Position numbers and translations under genes: made by a program
The notes under the pieces: model-generated
The model's input: only the letters and a program-made list of their open reading frames with translations
Databases searched by the model: none
What the model was told of the DNA's origin: nothing
Source of the DNA: Camelus ferus
Taxonomy: Eukaryota
Assembly (NCBI RefSeq): GCF_009834535.1
Contig: NC_045696.1
Location: 8,186,001-8,250,000, forward strand
Direction of reading: 5' to 3'
DNA: 64,000 bases
Shown here: piece after piece, positions 27,756 to 42,329 of the stretch
How the letters are laid out: each line of letters begins with the position of its first letter
Numbering within the stretch: position 1 is the stretch's first letter

Positions 27756-28153
27756 TGTTGGAGAAGGTAATTGATGTGATGTGACCACCAGCTGATCTTC
27801 CTTCCAGCTGGACCCAGGCAACTGGAGGCTCTCTACCCCTCCCTGTCCTTGGACTGCTTGCTCTGCCCACCGTTCCCACGGTGGGAGCTGTTTTCAAGGA
27901 CACAGCCTTGAGAGAGTAAGGCGTTGAGATCATCTGGTCTGTGCACATGACTGAACCCAGTTAAGGTCTCTACAGAAATTTTCAAGGTACTGTCAGGAGA
28001 ATGCAGAGGTCTACTCATCTTACGGCCCAAGGCGAGCCTCACAGGTGAGTTGCTTTGCTTATTAAACCTGCCACCTACCAACCTGGAATGGTCTGCCTCT
28101 TTCTTTGGTTCCTCCTTGCCCTCTGTGTATGGGGGCCAGTTTGCAAACCAACA
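27756..28153 (+). mobile_element. ERV solo LTR
   Basis: TGTTGG...CCAACA inverted ends; ATTAAA at about 28061; near-TSD CTTTC/CTTTT. Confidence 0.6.
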
Positions 28154-29169
28154 CTTTTCTAGAAGCAGTCTGTTTCTGTGTCCTTTATAATTGTCCAAAG
28201 ACCAGCCCTGCCAAGGGCCTGGTTATATTTCCAGTGGTAGCTGCCCTTCAAAGCTTTTAGCATGGAGTGGATGTGCATGAAGTACAGCAGTGCTTTAGGG
28301 ATGCTGAATTTGGACATGGGGTGGGGGTGGGAACCAGCATCCACAGCACTAATAATGTGGACAGTGATGGTGGCTTCAGGCTGCACACCACCATGTTGCC
28401 TCACCCCACCTCCAGTGACCTTGCTACCTCTGATGGTTCCACCCTGTGTGTCCTTCCTCTGGTTCACACACAGAGTTCTCACCCACCCAGGAAGCAGGTC
28501 ATATCACATGGGAGAGAGATGGGAGCAGTGACTTGGAGAGGTACTTCTTGAAATCTTAGTTTAAAAAAATCAGTTATGCTGACTTATTTTCCTACCACCT
28601 ACATTTGTGGGTTTGCGTTGGTGATTTATAAGCTGGTGGTTTCAACACTCTTCTCCAGCACTCCTGGTGGAAGCATCATGGCTCCATTACTGACAGTGGC
28701 TACTGTACTTCTGCGTCTCAGTTTTGAGTTGCATGGCAGCATCTTGTTAGAGAATTTGGGAAAGTAAGGGGGTGTGCTGTTTGAGGAAACCGTTTCCTCA
28801 TTCTTGTAGTCCCCATCCCAGAATCACTGGCTATAAATAGTACAGAGGAAAGCAAATTCAAGAGGATAGAAAGCCCTATTTACTTTTTCCTGAATATTAC
28901 CCAATGAGCTGTCAAGGACCCCATATAGGAGCATCCGAGAAATCTGTGTTGAACTTATTTACAAAACAGAAATAGACTCACAGACATAGAAAACAAACTT
29001 ATGGTTACTAAAGGGAAAATGTGAAATATGGAAAAGAATATATGTATGTATACCCGGATCACTTTACTGTACACCAAAAACTAACACAACATTGTAAATC
29101 AACTCTACTTCGATTAAAAAAAATAACAAAGATGGATAAGTCACCAAAAAAATAATAATAAAAGGCCTC

Positions 29170-32100
29170 TGTTTATCAAAAACTTGTCAGGCAAGGAAGC
29201 CACTGGTTGAATGAATTTCATCCAATAGATTGCGCAAAGGTCTTGAGCTATTGGGTTTCACAAGGTTTTGCTTGGATTATAAGTCACGAGGCAGGAATTA
29301 GAAATTGAGACATAAACTGGGGTTGGTCAGAATTTGTAAATTAGGAGAGTTGCCAGAATGGTTTGTATTTGTACAGTTTATTTCTTAGCTTATCTTTTGG
29401 AAACACATGAATCCACCAAGCAAATTTTTGCTTGAGCTGTTTGAGCTCAGTCTTTCTGTTTTTTAAGGTTTTGGTTTCTGCATCTAGTTGGCGAGATATA
29501 ATTGCTTCACATTTCTCTCTCTCAGTCACAATTATCGGATCATACTTCAACCGTGTCTATGGGACAGCCCACATCCTAGCCTAGATGGCCAGTCTATACC
29601 TACACCACTGAGTTAAGTAGAGGGTTATGGTGGAGGTCACTTGAGTTTCAGTAGGTGTTATAGCTTCTGTCAATAAGATCATCTGATAAAACAGCAGCTA
29701 CATGGCAATGTTTAAGGTTCTTTGGAACCACGTATTTGATCATTGCAACACTGACAAACACTGAGCTGATAGTCTATTTCTAGACCAAGAACCAAGTGTA
29801 CCCAATTAAGCCAAGAAAACAATTTGAAGAGCCTTGTTTTTATGAACTTTTCTCATGCTGTTGTTTTCCAGATCTCTTTAATTAATGACAAAGATCATTG
29901 AAAAGACGGTAGGGATGGAAATAACAGCATTCTTCCCTGACAATTGCACATATTCTGCCTTGAGAAGGCATTCCTCTGTCCAGGAGGGCTATATATATAT
30001 ATTTTTTTTAACCCATTGCCTGTCCAATCTTGTGAGTTTCTCAGGCAAGGAGATGTTGGCCTTAGTGGCACTGTCTGGTTCTCCTGTCATTCTCTGAACC
30101 ACACCATGCAGGGTTATTTGCACCCTTTCTTAGACCTTCTTTAAGGCGTAAGCTAGATATGCCCGAAGACAGAATAAAGCAGCCCAGAATTGTCCCCGCC
30201 CCACCATGTTAAGATTTCTGGTTTTAAATTGAGGCTTACGTTTTCTTTTTCTTGAATTAAGAGGTCTAGAGATTGCCTTTTCTTAGAGGAGAAATCAGTG
30301 GGACAGTGGGACCCTGATGAATACCAGGGAACTTCCCGAGAGTAGGCATCAGCAGGGAACTGGGTGCTTGTTTTTTTGTCAGAGAATTCTTTGTTTGGGC
30401 ATCTTAATTTTCTTTTGTTATTTCATAGCTAATACAAGATAGTTATTTTTTTCCCATTTCTTTTTTGCTTGCACTTACCTGAGTAATCTCCCCATTTATG
30501 GGTCCCAGCAGTTACTTCTGTGGAAAACATGTCATTGTTTAACTTGGAGAATCTTCCATTTATTCTGAGTTTTAGTTTGAGTTTGAGTTTGATCTCTTTC
30601 CTTCTAAAAGTATTCTGCTGGCTGCTGTAGTTGAGGTAAGGGAGTTATTTTCCATTCTAACTTGCTTTTGCAAATCGATTAAGTTTTTAATCCATTTACA
30701 AATGACAGAAAAAGATCTACAGTGAAATTGACTCCAGTGTCTATGCCAACTATTGTGAAATACGTTCATTAATCTGTCTCTGAATTGCCCGATGGTTTCA
30801 TCTTTATCTTGTTTACAAAACTGAATAAAAGCCCAGGAAATTTTTTAACATTTTTTATAGATTTATAATCATTTTATAATGTTGTGTCAAACTCCAGTGT
30901 AGAGCACAATTTTTCAGTCATACATGAACATATATGTATTCATTGTCACATTTTTTTCTCCATGAGCTACCATAAGATCTTGTATATATTTCCCTGTGCT
31001 AGATAGTATAATCTTGTTTATCTATTCTACAATTTTGAAATCCCAGTCTATCTCTTCCCACCCCCACCCCCTTGGCAACCACAAGTTTGTATTCTATGTC
31101 TATGAGTCTATTTCTGTTTTGTATTTATGCTTTGTTGTTTTGTTTTTTTTTTTTTAGATTTCACATATGAGTGATCTCATACGGTATTTTTCTTTCTTTT
31201 TCTGGCTTACCTCACTTAGAATGACATTCTCCAGGAGCATCCATGTTGCTGCAAATGGTGTTACATTGTCATTTTTATGGCTGAGTAGTATTCCATTGTA
31301 TAAATATGCCACATCTTCTTTATCCAGTCATCTGTTGATGGACATTTAGGCTGTTTCCATGTCTTGGCTATTGTAAATAGTGCTGCTATGAACATTGGGG
31401 TGCAGGTGTCATCCTGAAGTAGGGTTCCTTCTGGATATATGCCCAGGAGCGGGATTCCTGGGTCTTATGGTAAGTCTATTCCTAGTCTTTTGAGGAGTCT
31501 CCATACTGTTTTCCACAGTGGCTGCACCAAACTAAAAGCCCAGGAAATTGTTACAGGGAACATTTCTGATGTGATCTTTAGAAGAGTATGTCCTGTTGTG
31601 ACAGCCTGCTGACCTGTTGGCTGTCCCGTGGAACTCAGGGTCCCTGAAGTTCTCTGTAACCTCATGCTAGTGACTGTTTTCCATTTAGCATCTGGGGAGC
31701 CCACCAGTGTGTGAACTACCTGATATAAGCCTGGCAGTCCAGGATTATAAGTTCATAAGACTTTTCTGGGTTTCTCAGTAAAATTTTAGGAGAATCATTA
31801 ATGGCTCTGAATTCTAATGCATGCAGTGGTTTCAAATCTATTTGAAGGTTTCCAGTTGTCTGACTCCAAGGGACTACTGAGATTTAGGTGATTCAGGTGG
31901 ACCAGAGGGACAGAAAGGGGAGTCAGAGTCAGGCAGAGAGCAGAAGCTAGGGAGGACACAGAGAAGGGAGGAAGAGGTAGATTTTTATGCAGGGTACACA
32001 TATTGGTTTTTGCTCATGGTGACTCGAATGAATACACAGTTGTAAGTTTTTCACTCTTGTCATTATCTTTGCCTAAGCTATATTGTAAGGGTGCCGTTTG

Positions 32101-33700
32101 GATCTGATTTTCTTTTTGAAGTTTCCTCACACCGATCAAAAATGCTGACCAAGTTTATGAAGGGTTTTGGTTTGTCTCTGTTTTAGGGTACCCTTTAGAT
32201 GGTCAATTTTTGTCATACCAGAAATTCTTCAAAGTGGCCACTGCAAATCCATATTACCCTGGTGGGATTATGAAATAATACAGGGACAATAGCAGGTATT
32301 AAGATTGAGGGAAACTACATGTAAGAAGGCGTCAGGACTTCTGCCGGGAAGAATGGTAGTCTTGTTAGTAGGTATTGGCTAGCAGTCAGGAGGACGTGTA
32401 ACCCATGTCTTGGGCCCCTCAACTTGAAGTTGAGCCAGTTCCAGTCACTGATGTGACAAATTAATGGCCCTTGAAGATGGAGTGTGGTAAGAGAAGACTT
32501 CTTCTAGAGCCAACTTCTTACATATAGATGAGACTAAAGAAAGCACTTGTGAAGTTTTAATGGGTGACCCAAGAAAAAGATGGGAAGGGAAGCCAGACTC
32601 CCCAGACCTTTCACCATTTATCCTCAGGGCCACTTTGGAGGTAGACTTGTCAGAACTATGTATGCCTCCCACCCTAAAATCTTCCTCTTCTAGACAGGAA
32701 ACATCTATGGCAGAGAGGCAAAAAGAGTGATTAGTGGTAAATGAATGCTTTGTCAGATGTCCAACGAGGAATGTGAATAGAATGGTATAGGAAGTTAAAC
32801 AACTCCTAAAGGATAATGATTGGATTTAAAATAATCTCAGCTCGATGAAAACGAATGGGAGCCCGGACGTGATGTTGAAGACTTACTGACGGTGACGTCT
32901 GAGGACCTCAGATCAGGGCACCCAGTGGGTCTTAGGATGTATGCTGTTACTGACGTGGAGTGTTGGGCCAACAAGGAGGAGGAGATTTTGGCTAGATAGT
33001 CACTAGGACCTCCAAGTCTGTTAAAGCTCCCCATAAAAAGCCACCATAAAAACGTTTGAGATTAAAAAAAAAACCCACAAGCTGAATTTATTAGAAACTC
33101 GCCAGGCAAGGGTGCTACTGGGCAAATGAATCCAGTCAAGTTGCCTCTCCAAATAGTTTGAGCACTTGGGTTTTATGAAGTATTTTTTTGTCTTTGTCTT
33201 TGTTTCTGCTTTGTGGAAGAGGTAGTCATCAGGGGGTTTAAAGGCAGGAATTATTAAGCCTGGGATGTGGGCATAGATTGATAAAAATTTGTAAATTAGA
33301 CCAGTTGCTGAAATAGTCTGTGCCCACAGTTTCTCTCTTGAGCACAAAACCGAGCTAGCTTTTGCTGGGCCCAGTGGGGAGGAGCTGGGGCTCCACTGGC
33401 CGAACTCAAGCAGAAGCCAGAGGTTCCGGCTTTTTAAGAATTTCCAGAACAAGTTACAGAACAATTTTGCAAATTGCTTTTGTTATATCACCACGTTGTC
33501 CACGTGGCTCCGCCAACAACCTCTTTGATACACTGCTGCTGTAGCATGTTTGTTAACTCAGCCAGCACAGCACAAAACCTCTCTTGTTCCTACCACTTCT
33601 TTCTCTTTGATTTCCTCACAGTCGATTCACTCTGTTTAGGTCCTGTATTTCAGAAATAGCACAGGTCACTGGTGGTCAAGAGAGATCAGCCCACCTTCCT
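29170..33700 (-). mobile_element. Degenerate endogenous retrovirus internal (pol/integrase-like) sequence, interrupted by L1
   Basis: ORF 29341-29550 has an integrase-like TLKN...WIHVFP...LRN pattern. No long ORF; boundaries uncertain. Confidence 0.35.
30843..31532 (-). mobile_element. Young 5'-truncated L1
   Basis: Perfect 17-bp TSD TAAAAGCCCAGGAAATT at 30826 and 31533. Confidence 0.9.
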
Positions 33701-34429
33701 GTGGGTGGTTCAAAGTCACTTGCTCTTGGGCTGAGGTCCACGTGGTAGCCTCTCCTTTCTTGAACTGTCTGAAGAGCCAGCAGTGCTCTGTACCACTGGA
33801 TAGCATGTTCTATCTGCAGGGAGAGGTGGGAACCCTACCACGTAGACCAAGAGCTCACACAAAAGAAGAGACATTGCTGATTGTTTGTGTTCCTTGGCTG
33901 AAGGCAAGGAACTTTCTGGGCTACTTATTCTCCAATAGCAACACATTGGTACAGCCAATAATCCTAGGGATATGGGTGTCTTACTTTCTGGGGGCTGCAG
34001 GTGTTTCTTCGCCTGGGGCTGCATCGCTCCAGTCACTGCCTCTGTGGCCACAATGCCTCCTCTTCTTCTTTCTCAAAACTTGCTCTGCCTTTATTGCACA
34101 AGGGCACATGTGATGGCATTTAGAGCCCACCTGGGTGATTCAGGATAAGCGCCTTTGCTCAGAATCCTAACTTAATCGCGCCTGTTGCCACATGTAATTA
34201 TTCAGTTGGTCAGGATTCTCCAAGAAAATAAACCAATAGTGTGTGAGTACATATAGAGAGAGGAGGAGGGAGAAAGAGACAGGGAGAGAGGGAGGGAGGG
34301 AGGGAGGGAGGAGGGAGAGAGGGACTTTAAGGAATTTTAAGGAGTTGACTCACACAGTTATGGAGGCTGTCAAGGACAAAATCAGCAGAGTAGGCTAGCA
34401 GGCTCAAGAGGGACAGCAGTAAGACAGCA

Positions 34430-36260
34430 GGATAGAGAGCCCCCGCCCTCATTTCCTCCACAGAAACACCAATCTGACCGGGGTCCAGAATCTGGTTAAG
34501 CAGTTTCAATACTCCAGATGAGCACAAAACTGAGAGAAGCTGCAGTGAAATGAGCAAGGAGAGCAACTTCACCTTACCCGTGTCGGCCCTCCCCTAAGCC
34601 AGCACAGCTCAGCACTGAGAGAGAGTGCCATGGCCCTTGAATTCTCCTTGTGGGGAAGGATGGAGTGGAGTGTGCCTCAAATGTTCTGGTCTTTCAGTGC
34701 ACTTTTCAAGGGCCCGGTTTCTTTCTTGCCTCACGTGGACTGCTGATGGAAGCAGAATAGTTTAGACACCTGGGTGCAGTTAAGGACAAAGGGAAAGGGG
34801 CAGGGACTTGTGGCTGGCACAGCTCTGTGAGATTGAGAGAAGGTGCAGAAACAGAAGCTTCTCCACAGGGAAGAGGAGTGGATCATGCCTCCAACACTGT
34901 GGCCACAGCACAGTAGTCAGACTTCAGAGGGAGAAGAGAGGTTCTTGGGTGGGTAGGGGGTCAGGGAAGAAACCAAGAAGTCCTCTAATTTGGAATCTAC
35001 ACATACGAGTCCAGAGAAAGCACATTCATAGAAAAAGTTTGACAGGCTCCCAGAATCTCTAGGCAGGTTGATTGGTGAAGGTCTTTCCCTTTCAAGCCAG
35101 TCTGCAAAGACTGGGAGAGGTGGCTATTTTTTCTAATAAAGACACCAATACAAAGTGACAAAGAATACAAGGAACCAAGGAAACATGACATAATCAAATG
35201 CACAAAATAAACCTCCGAAAGAAAGGGAGATATACAAATTGCATGACAAAGAATTGAAAATAATCATATTAAAGTAGCTCAGTGAACGAGAGAACACAGA
35301 CAGACAATGAATGAAATCAGGAAAACACTACATGAACAGAACGAGAAGTTTAACAAAGATAGAAACTATTAAAAAAAGAAACAGATATTCTGGATCTGAA
35401 GAATACAAACGAGTATCTTATGTAGGGAGTTCAGCAGCATCCCTGATCAAACAGAAGAACTAGTGTGCTCAGAGAAGGTCACTTGAAATTATCCAGTCAG
35501 AGGACCAAAAAGAAAAAAGTGAAGAAAGGAAAGGCCCCACAGCACACCATCAAGCAAACCAATATCCACACGGTGGTAGTCCCAAGAGGAGAAGAGAGAG
35601 AGAGAGAGGCAGAAAGCTTATTTAAATAAATAATGGCCCCAAACTTCTTAAATCTGGGGAGGGAAATGGATATACAGATTCATGAAGCCCCAAAGACCTC
35701 AAATAGGATGAACCCAGAGTGGGATGATTCTGCATGGAGACCCAATGTGGTCAAATTGTCAAAATTAGAATTTTGAAAGTAGCAAGCAACTTATCCCATA
35801 CAAGGGAGCCCCCATAAGTCTCCCTTGAATAGACTTCTTAGCAGAAGCCCTGCAAGTAAGAGGCAGTGGAATGGTATTTAAAGTGTTGGGGAAAAAAAAC
35901 ACTACCAACCAAGAATACTATGCCTGGAAAAACTGTTCTTCAAAAATGAAAGAGATACGCCTTAAACTAACACAATATTGTAGATCAACTGTACGTCAAT
36001 TTTAAAAAATGAAGGAGAGATAATGACAAAATACGCTGAGGAAGTTTATTACCGCTAGACCTGCTTTACAAGAAATGCCAAAGAGAGGTCTTAAAGTTGA
36101 AACAAAAGGATGCTGAGCAGCAACATAAAAGCATATGAACATAAGAAACTCAATGGTGGGTAAATGTACAGACAAATACATTATACCGGGATGCTGTAAT
36201 GGTGGTGTGTAAACCACAATTCTAGTGTAAAAACTAAAAGATGAATGAATTAAAAATAAT
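34430..36260 (+). mobile_element. Old L1 5'UTR/ORF1 remnant
   Basis: A-rich ORF1-like sequence (…CCAAGAATACTATGCCTGGAAAAACTGTTCTTCAAAAATGAA…). Confidence 0.65.
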
Positions 36261-37690
36261 TTCTGTTTCCTTCTTCAGGTTTGGGAAATTCCCAGCTATA
36301 ATTTCCTCAAATACACTTCCCATCCCCTTCTCTCTCTCTTTTCTTTCTGGGTCCCCTATAATATGAATGTTGCTACGCTAAATGTTACCCCAGGGAATCT
36401 CTTAAAATTTGTTTTTCTTTTTGCTGTTCTGGATTGAGTGATTTCCATTATTCCATCTTTCAGATCACTTACACTTTCTTTCGTATTACATAGTCTGTTA
36501 CTCATTCCTTTAGTGTACTTTTTATTTCAGCTATTGAATTATTCATTTCTGATTGGGTCTTTTTATATTTTTTACTTCCTTGTTATAGTGTTCCCTGTGT
36601 ACATCTAATCTTTCCCTTAATTCTGTTATTACGTTTTTGACCAATGCCTTGAATTCTTTATCTGGTAAATTGTTTAGTTCTGTTTCATTATTTATTTTTT
36701 GAGGGGTTTTATCTTGCTCATTCAATTGAGAGAAGTTCCTCTGCCTTTTCAGTTTGCTTAGCTTTCTCTGCCTCTATCAATTTAGGTGAAATTGACTGCA
36801 GCTGCCTCTTGTGGTTCTTACACGGGAGCATCGCTGCATAGACTGTGTGTGCCCGATGCCTTTGGCGGGAGAGCTTGATTGGATGTGGGCGCAGGTCACG
36901 TCTTTCCGCAGAGTGTGCTGGAACTATCACCTTGGTAAGGGGTGGGGCTAGAGATGGAGGAGCTAGAGCTGGAGCCAGGGTGCCAGGCTGGACTTTTCCT
37001 CTGCTAGGTGGCCATTACCGCACTATTGGGTGCAAGGTCTGATCCCAAGTTGCTGGAGCAGAAGTCGTGAGGGTTGGGCCCACGCTGGGTCTGTTCCCTT
37101 TAAGTGTGTGTGTTCCCCTCTCCACACACCAGTACGCTTGCCCCAGAAGTGGGGAGCCCTGAAGCAAGTGGGCTCTCAGCTTGCGTGGGCTGCAGACAGA
37201 AGTCCGAGTTGACTTAACGCAATGCCTGTGCAGGTGCCTGCGATGGAATCCCTCACTCTGCTCAGACACAGCCTTGGGTGCAAGTCCCATTTGTCCCTCA
37301 CAGCTGATCACTGCTCCCAGCCTCCGCCACACCGCAGGGCAGGTGGAGTCAGCATGGACTCTTGGCATATATCGGGAGATAACTGTGGTGGAGTAGCCAC
37401 CGCCAGAGATCTGGGCTGCTTCTGGTATGCTGCTTGAGTAAGTGCCAACAATGCCTAGGGCTGCCCCACCTAGACTCCACGCCAGGACCTGGTTGCCTCT
37501 GCGCCTGTGGTTGGGGCTTCTCCCAGTTGTGGGTGCCCCAGATCCGGTATCTCGCCTCCTTCCTTCCCTGCAAGGAGAGGCTATATGTTCCAGAAGCTTC
37601 CTAATGATAAATTCCAGGGTATGTCCCTCCCGGAGGCTGCACCCTAGCCAAACTTGAGACACAGCTCCCTTTTGATCCCAACTCTGAGAC
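36260..37690 (-). mobile_element. L1 5'UTR plus ORF1 start
   Basis: ORF 36543-36725 (QDKTPQKINNETELNNLPDKEFK) is ORF1p N-terminal-like; GC-rich 5'UTR upstream. Confidence 0.8.
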
Positions 37691-38854
37691 ACACAGAGGT
37701 TTGCATGGTGGAGCAGTGTACTCCCCTCAAGAACAACTGGTGATGAAGGGTAAATAGGAGGCTAGGGATTCCTGGCAGATAAACAAAAGCCATTAGGGAC
37801 CACCCCAAAAGGAGAAAAAGGAGTGCAGAGTAATTGTTTTGGAATGGGACAATTAGCCACTGCAGAAAGGGAATGGTTGCTTTTTCCCCAAGAGGCAATG
37901 AAATTGCTTAGGGCAACTGCTTCCGAAGATGTAACTTCCCTTGCTCTCTTAAGAGAAAGGCAGGAGAGAGTTTTAAAGGAAATAGGTCCTGTGACTTTAG
38001 TGTGGACAGAGTACCTGGCTCTGTGGGATTTCCAGTGTGCCCCGAGGTGGGAGGGTTGTTTACTGGGTGCCAAGTCATTCACTGGAATATTTTACTCAAT
38101 GGTTACACAATCCACAAATTTGCTAAAAGTGCCTTTACAGTTTGCGGTTAAGGGGCTAGAGCAGATGCAGTATTTTGCTTAAGGTCATGCCTGAGGGCGG
38201 CAGAGCCTTTTGATTCCAGATGTTCGTCTTCAAAACTTTCAAATGCAAAAGTTAAGTGGACACAAGTATGTCTCCACACGAGGTCCAACAATTATGGATA
38301 TGTTACTCTCTTATGTGTTTATCTTCTGCATATATTACGCAGAACCTGGTTAATATTGCAGACCTCCTGGCACTTCATCCCCACATAAGTAACACCTTCA
38401 CCCTGAAGAGATCTGACAGTAACCTCGCATATCCATCAATACTGGTCCACACTGAACTTCCCCATCGTCTCACATTCTCCTGAGGCTGTATCTTTCATAC
38501 AAGCACAATGCCGCTGGTGTTTAAAGACACCAGAGCGGATGTCTCCTCTTGATGGCGTTGTCCATGTTATACTGGAGGCTGGGGAACAAAAGTTGGCAGG
38601 CCAAATCTTGCTGTGCACATTGGCTTGTATATTGTCTCATGTAATTTTCATGCCATGAGAGCATATCTGAGTAGTTCCAACAGAGACCACTAAGCTGAAA
38701 AGCTGAAAATATTTCCCGTCTGCCCTTACTACCTATAATGTTTGTGCACATGAATTGTAAGGTCACTTCTCTAGACCTACCTTTTGGTCTATTAGATTTC
38801 TGTGCCGGTTCAGCATATAACCAGTCTCCACAAGTGGACATTTAGAAAGAGCCT

Positions 38855-38878
38855 TTTATTCATCTAATTATTTTTATT
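38855..38878 (-). terminator. Two AATAAA signals of the CBR1-like paralog
   Basis: TTTATT at 38855-38860 and 38873-38878, in a context homologous to the CBR1 3' end. Confidence 0.65.
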
Positions 38879-41791
38879 CATTATTTGTCATCCATCCCAC
38901 TTTTACTTCCCCAGGATCATAGAAGAAATCAGAAAAGACTTCACAGAACTAGTAGCCATTTCAAAGTGATACTTGAATATTCAATAGAAATATTTGATTT
39001 TTTTTAGGAGATATTTTTGACACTGTAAGTGTCCTTTTGGTCAAATCTACAGGAAATATATGCAGGACCATGGGCAGAGCTGTGACTAAGCTCACCATTG
39101 TTTAACTTTTTTCTCGAAAACAAAATGACCATGAGGCTCCTTAGCGTCTGAGGGCAAAAGGGCCAAGTACACAGGGGTCTCTGCTCCTTCTTCCAGGGTC
39201 CTGGGGGCTTCGGGTCCAGCCACGTCAGTTCTCACCCAGCCAGGGCAGCAGGCATTCAGGAGGATCTTGTCTCCTCTCCTCTGCTCATTCAGTTTCCCGG
39301 CATGGATCTGGGACAGGACAGTGACGCCAGTTTTGGTCACTCCATATGCAGTATCAGGCCAGCCCTCCTTCCTGTGCACCCCATTCTTTGTGTCTTCCAC
39401 AGACTTGTTCATAAGCCCCACCAGCTCATCCTCTGTAATGGCATCCCTTCTGAACTTCTCCTGCAGTTCAGGGCTGCAGTCTTCAAGAGCTACGAAGCTC
39501 TTTCTGCTAGACACATTCACAACTCTGCCTAAAACACAACACAAATCATTATGTAGAAAGGTATGTACAAGAATGATGAATACCCAACTCGCTGGGATGT
39601 TGGAGGCAAAATGTCCATTTGAGAGCCAATTACCAGTTTTCTATGAGATGAATTAAGGCTGCCTCTATGAGAGAGGGACAGGAACTGGTCTCATAATCTG
39701 TCCAAGCCTTAATGTCTAGGGTGATGTCAGAGAAAGAAATGCTCTAATGGGGAGGGCAGTGCCCAGATTTCTGTGAGAAATGAAAATGAAGATGCTCAGG
39801 GACTAGGAGTCCTCACTGCACTGAGGAGTAGTGGCCTCCTTTGGGACCATCTGAGGATCTTTTGGTCCCTTGGGCAGTGCTCTCTGACAGGTCTCTGTTG
39901 ACCAGCAAAGAGCTGATGTGTTTATGGGTGGTGGTTCCAAGAGGAACAGACAGCATCAGGTTTGGGAGGCTTGGAGGGAGGAAGGTGAACTTGAATCAGC
40001 TCAGGGGGCTGAATGCATGCTGTTGTCTCTGGGTTTGGGTTTTCATCAACTGCGAAGTGGTAACTCAAGTCCTGGCTGTGTGAGCACAGAGAGGCGCAGG
40101 GGACACCGGACTATCTGAGGGCCGCCCACAGGAGCACGGCACTGTGGAAGTCAAGTGGGAAGTTGGGAGGAATTGAGGTAGGCATGTTAATGCCCATCAA
40201 CAGAACCACTTCCTGGGTTGCCAGGGGCTTGGAGCCATTGAGTAGATACTCAGGGTGCTTATTTGAAGTGGCTCTTTGGGTCCATGAGGTGAGGGGTGCT
40301 GTAGTTACCTCGGGATGGGATACTTGCTATTTGTGACTCTTGCATTTTCTGAGGCACAAAATGCCAGGGACCAGTTTGTCTGCCAGCAATAGAGACAAAG
40401 ACTGCCTTGGGTCAGTGACAGAATCCTTGAAGCAAAGGCCTGGCCCAGAGCTGGCAAGTCTGGCTGCAGGCAGTAGCCCTGGGAAGCCACAAACGTGTCC
40501 TGACAAGATTAGATGCTGTCTCGGGACCTGGCTTGGCAGCCTGGCAGTGGATCCACTTGTGCGAGTGTTCTAATGGGACTGGAACAGAAGACACTGCCCC
40601 AATTTGGACTGACAAGTTATAATTCCTCAGGCCAAGAAACACACTTGCATCCACAGAGTAGTGGTTTGACACAGAAATGAAACTAGTCGTCTCAAACATG
40701 ACCAGTTAGGGATGAACATTGGCATATGGTCAACTCAGCATGAGGGGGGCCTCTGAAGAGTCCCCACTGGGCGGATCGCTCTGCTTCTCTGGGGGATCTG
40801 AGGAAGGGGGGGTGGGGAGGATGCTGGGGCTAACCCACAGTTTTTCCCCACATCACCTCAAGTTTCTTTTTTCCTCCTGTTATCATGGTCCAGGGACAAG
40901 GGCTGCAATTGTGGATATGGAAGTCAGGGGATAATCCTTAAGGAAGGAACTTACCTATAGATTTAAATATTTATGCCAGAATTCCTAAGGGCCTGATGGA
41001 GTGGACTGTGTCTTCAGCCCATCTGGCAGATCTGGAATGACAGCAAATGCAGCTGAATTGACTAGTTAGTGGTAGAGGGAACCCCCTAGTTCTGGGCCTG
41101 GGTAACCCTACCTACATGATGGGGGTGGAGTATGGGAAGACACTGTTAGACTTGTATTGCTGTGGACAATCAGGAGGAGCAGAGTGGCCAAACTTAACAT
41201 CCCTTTGAAAGGTGAGAAAGTTTGGTTAAATGTTAAGGATAAGTGGGGAGCAGGAGGAAATAGAAATGAGGGTGAATGATTAAATGGGTTATGCAACAAG
41301 AGAAATTGTTACCACATTGGTGCCTGGTGGGGCTGAGAGCAGGAGATAATATTGTCTCTTAGCTCAATTATACCAGATGCCTGACAGGGTGAAGCCACAT
41401 GTTGTCAACACCATTTCTGCTTTGGGACCTAACAAGCTTGAACAGAAGCCTTGGAATCTGAGTGGCATCATTCTGAGATGTGGTCCTAGGATGCAGTGAT
41501 GAACTGAACCAACTGTGAATAACTGAGCAGGACTCTAGCAATGTGCCAGCAACTCCTCAGTCATGTTCTCTTAGGTTACAGGTAGTACCATCCTGTGGAG
41601 TGTCACTGGCCTTGCATTATACTGAACCACCATAGGTAAACTGGAGGCACGGAATCACTGGATGATACTGATCGTGATGATCATGTGTACTGGGGAGCCT
41701 GAGCTAGAGTGTCATCAGGATGTAATGGTGATGAAAGATGACTGGCCCGATGGAGAACTGGATGTAGCTCACTATCAATTAATTTCTATGC

Positions 41792-42123
41792 TGTTAATTA
41801 ATTAAACAAGGAGGCCCTTAGACTGAGTGGCTCTCGTACCCTAGTGGCCTATGTAAGCCAACCAAAATCTAAGCCTGTAAACATCTCAAGGTTCCAAAAT
41901 CAAAACCTAAGGACCACCAGACACAAACAGCCATCTAGGCCAGGAACTGCAGACAATCCATCATCTCCTTACTTTGCTTCAGCCTTTTCTTCACGATGGT
42001 CTCTTCCTGGGTACTTGTTGCTGAAGCCATCCTCACCGCTGCTCGTTTGGCACTTCCCGATTCAAATAGATATTTTCTCAGATAAACCTTAAAATTTTGT
42101 ATGCCTCAGTTTATCTCTAAACA
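41792..42123 (+). mobile_element. ERV1 LTR (MER34/39-like) in paralog intron 2
   Basis: TGTTAATT...GCCTCAGTTTATCTCTAAACA. Confidence 0.55.
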
Positions 42124-42329
42124 ATAGTAAGTTGTTCTGCACAAACAGTTGTATTAAAAAGGTCTAAACACCAAGTGACCAACCTGTGAATCCTCACACA
42201 TGAAAATGTGAGGATTGGCTTTACAGGACAGATACTCTGCTGCTTAAAAGCTACCCCTCCCCCACACTGGCTCCTCCAAACGTTATGTATATTTCTAACA
42301 CATTTGTTGTATTTGTTTTAAAAAAAATT

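Noticed and set aside
37015..37692. 225-aa ORF
   Set aside because: Lies in an L1 5'UTR; no recognisable domain.
40200..41760. Possible ERVL/MaLR internal remnant in paralog intron 2
   Set aside because: Only a vague impression; no motif I can point to.
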